Assembly: GCA_040767965.1 (NCBI GenBank)
Contig: JAXGNR010000005.1
Location: 64,001 to 128,000 of the forward strand
DNA length: 64,000 nt
Source: Atribacterota bacterium
Lineage (GTDB): Bacteria > Atribacterota > Phoenicimicrobiia > Phoenicimicrobiales > Stramentimicrobiaceae
Reading direction: 5' to 3'
Part shown: positions 61,716 through 64,000 of the stretch, piece after piece
How the letters are laid out: the number at the start of each line of letters is the position of its first letter
Numbering within the stretch: the first letter of the stretch is position 1
Program-made: the position numbers and the translations under genes
Notes under the pieces: generated by a model
What the model was told of the DNA's origin: nothing
The model's input: the letters and a program-made list of their open reading frames with translations, nothing else
Databases searched by the model: none

Positions 61716-62711
61716 TTAATTGCTAATCCATGGAATCATGTCACGAATTGTTTTGCCAACTTTTTCAAGAAGGGAAGTTGATTCCTGATGGCGCATAGCA
61801 TTGAAGAATGGTCTTCCTACCTGGTTTTCTAATAACCAATCTCTTGCAAAAGTTCCATTTTGGACTTCCTTTAAGATTTTTTTCATTTCTTTTCTGGTAT
61901 CTTCGTTAATAACTCTACTACCAGATTTAAAACTGCCATATTCAGCTGTATTACTGACATCATTGTGCATATGGGTAATTCCACCCTCATAAATTAAGTC
62001 AACAATTAATTTAAGCTCATGAAGACATTCAAAATAAGCTACTTCTGGCTGGTATCCTGCCTCGACCAGTGTATCAAATCCTGCTTTTATCATAGCGGTA
62101 ACTCCGCCACATAAAACAGCCTGTTCTCCAAATAGATCGGTTTCGGTCTCTTCCTGGAAAGTAGTTTCCAAAACTCCTGCCCTAGTTGCCCCAATTGCCT
62201 GCGCATAAGCTAGTGCAATATCTTTAGCATTGCCTGAATAGTCTTGATAAACTGCTATTAAACTGGGAACCCCTAAACCCTGGGTATAAATTTTTCTTAC
62301 AATTGCACCGGGTCCTTTTGGAGCAACCATTACTACATCAACATTTTTAGGTGGTATTATTTGTTTAAAGTGAATATTAAATCCATGAGAAAACATTAAT
62401 ACTTTGTTTTCAGTTAAATTTTTATCAATGCTATTATTATAAAAAACTTGTGTTTGAACTTCATCAGGAACTAGAATCTGGATTATATCAGCCTGTTTTG
62501 CAGCTTTCTCTACAGTTTCAACTTTTAAACCTTCTTTTTTTGCTTTATCCCAGGAACTGCTATTTTCTCTTAATCCTATTACAACATTTACTCCACTATC
62601 TTTTAAGTTTAAAGATTGTCCTCTACCTTGACTACCATAACCGATAACAGCAACAGTCTTGTTTTCCAGGAATTTTTTTTGTGCATCCTGATCATAATAA
62701 ATTTTTGCCAT
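61716..62711 (-). CDS. ilvC: Ketol-acid reductoisomerase
   Basis: Motifs GYGSQG, HGFNIH, APKGPG and [16 protein letters not shown]. Confidence 0.97.
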   Translation of the reverse strand: MAKIYYDQDAQKKFLENKTVAVIGYGSQGRGQSLNLKDSGVNVVIGLRENSSSWDKAKKEGLKVETVEKAAKQADIIQILVPDEVQTQVFYNNSIDKNLTENKVLMFSHGFNIHFKQIIPPKNVDVVMVAPKGPGAIVRKIYTQGLGVPSLIAVYQDYSGNAKDIALAYAQAIGATRAGVLETTFQEETETDLFGEQAVLCGGVTAMIKAGFDTLVEAGYQPEVAYFECLHELKLIVDLIYEGGITHMHNDVSNTAEYGSFKSGSRVINEDTRKEMKKILKEVQNGTFARDWLLENQVGRPFFNAMRHQESTSLLEKVGKTIRDMIPWISN

Positions 62712-62800
62712 TATAAAATCCTCCCTAAATATTATTTATTTATTGTTTTAATTTCACTTAAAATACAAGTATATCAGAAAAAATAGTTACTCGGTATCTT

Positions 62801-63295
62801 TTACTTCAATATTTTATCTGCACCTCTGGTAAGTGCTATTTTGCCAGTTCTGGAAATTTCCAGTATGCCAAATGATTCTAATAGCTTTAGTTTAGCATTT
62901 ATTTTTTCCTGAGTCCCGGTAATTTCAATTGTAAGAGCTTGTTTGTCTATGTCTACTATATGACCCCGAAAAGCTTCAATTAATTGCATTATTTCTGTTC
63001 TCTGGTCTGTTGTTTTTGTTCTTACTTTTATCAAAGCTAATTCTCTTTCAACAGAAGTTTCTCTGGGTAAGTCTCTTACTCTGATGACATCTACCAGTTT
63101 GTTGAGCTGCTTGGTTATTTGCTCCAGAATGCCTTCATCACCTTCAGTAATTATTGTAATGCGAGTGATGCCTTTTTTTTCTGAATGTCCGGCAGCTATA
63201 CTTTCAATATTAAATCTCCTTCGATTAAACAAACTGGAAACTCGAGCTAGCACTCCCGGAGTATCTTTAACTAAGATGGCAATAGTGTGTTTCAT
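62801..63295 (-). CDS. ilvN: Acetolactate synthase small subunit
   Basis: ACT domain PGVLARV..LF.RR.FNIES, ERELAL, RTG. Confidence 0.95.
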   Translation of the reverse strand: MKHTIAILVKDTPGVLARVSSLFNRRRFNIESIAAGHSEKKGITRITIITEGDEGILEQITKQLNKLVDVIRVRDLPRETSVERELALIKVRTKTTDQRTEIMQLIEAFRGHIVDIDKQALTIEITGTQEKINAKLKLLESFGILEISRTGKIALTRGADKILK

Positions 63296-64000
63296 GATTC
63301 ATTTACTCCTAACATTTTATTAATTGGTTCCCCGGGTGCAACCATGGGGAATACATTTTCTTCTGGTGGTACCAGACAGTCCAACAGGATAAATTGATTA
63401 CAGGATAATGCCTCTTCAAGAGCTTTGTCAAAATCATCTTTGGTAGCAACTTTGATCCCTTTACCTCCATAAACTTCGGTTAATTTTGCAAAATCCGGAG
63501 TTCCTTCCAAAGAGGTAAAAGAGTATCTCCGGTCAAAAAACAATTCTTGCCATTGTCTGACCATTCCCAGGTAACCATTATTCATAATTATAGTTATTAT
63601 TGGTAATTTGTTATTGATGGCAGTTGCTAATTCTTGAACATTCATTTGAAAACCTCCATCACCTGCAATACAGAATATTTTTTTCTGTGGACATCCGAAT
63701 TGTGCCCCTATTGCAGCAGGCAATCCAAATCCCATTGTGCCTAATCCACCTGAGGTGATAAAGCTTCTTGGGTAGACATATTGATAATATTGGGCAGACC
63801 ACATTTGGTGTTGGCCAACATCTGTGACAATAATAGCGTCGCCTTTAGTTTTTTCTGATATTTTTTCAATAATATATTGTGGTCTAAGATATTCATCTCT
63901 TTTATAATTTAACGGTTTTTTTAATTTTAGCTGGGCAATTTTTGTAAGCCATCCTGTTTCATTTTTTGGTTCTACAAGCTGACCTAGTTTTCCAAGAACA
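63292..64000 (-). CDS. ilvB: Acetolactate synthase large subunit, C-terminal part (runs off the window)
   Basis: TDVGQHQMW, SGGLGTMGFG, TPP motif GDGGF...NN, GMVRQWQ. Confidence 0.95.
   Translation of the reverse strand, partial: VLGKLGQLVEPKNETGWLTKIAQLKLKKPLNYKRDEYLRPQYIIEKISEKTKGDAIIVTDVGQHQMWSAQYYQYVYPRSFITSGGLGTMGFGLPAAIGAQFGCPQKKIFCIAGDGGFQMNVQELATAINNKLPIITIIMNNGYLGMVRQWQELFFDRRYSFTSLEGTPDFAKLTEVYGGKGIKVATKDDFDKALEEALSCNQFILLDCLVPPEENVFPMVAPGEPINKMLGVNES

Noticed and set aside
245-63323. Many short ORFs in the track lying antisense to or overlapping real genes (e.g. 245..571, 22069..22620, 53220..53543, 61801..61992)
   Set aside because: They are shadows of well-supported genes, with no motifs or SD.
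1-64000. CRISPR array, prophage, rRNA or selenocysteine recoding
   Set aside because: No regularly spaced repeats, phage genes, rRNA-like stretches or TGA-interrupted conserved genes were seen.

Overview
AT-rich (roughly one-third GC) chromosomal window from an anaerobic bacterium. The acidic GE-linker lipoprotein and general gene style suggest Atribacterota, but this is inference only. Most genes are metabolic or housekeeping: an SbcD/SbcC-like pair, tRNA-Ala(CGC), a USP, several ABC transporters (Fet, Fe/anion type, heterodimeric exporter, liv), ndk, rmuC, a U32 protein, thrC, an amidase, rsgA, fucA/fucU/fucI, a GAF-PAS-GGDEF-HD-GYP protein, apbE with an FMN-binding partner, and ilvBNC. There is one degenerate ISLre2-family element with intact ends and a 9-bp target duplication. 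No CRISPR array, prophage or rRNA was seen. The most notable observations are: (1) an MtnK/APH-type kinase translationally coupled to an enolase paralog with paired active-site substitutions, a candidate undescribed sugar-acid pathway; (2) a complete hyuP-A-H-C hydantoin operon resembling the Arthrobacter L-hydantoin cluster; (3) a very acidic 23-Cys lipoprotein with a (GE)n tether; (4) two genes that appear to need AUU start codons; (5) a YgjP/M48 gene split at an in-frame A-AAA-AAA slippery site. The supplied ORF track gives the wrong strand for 43287..44360, which is on the minus strand.
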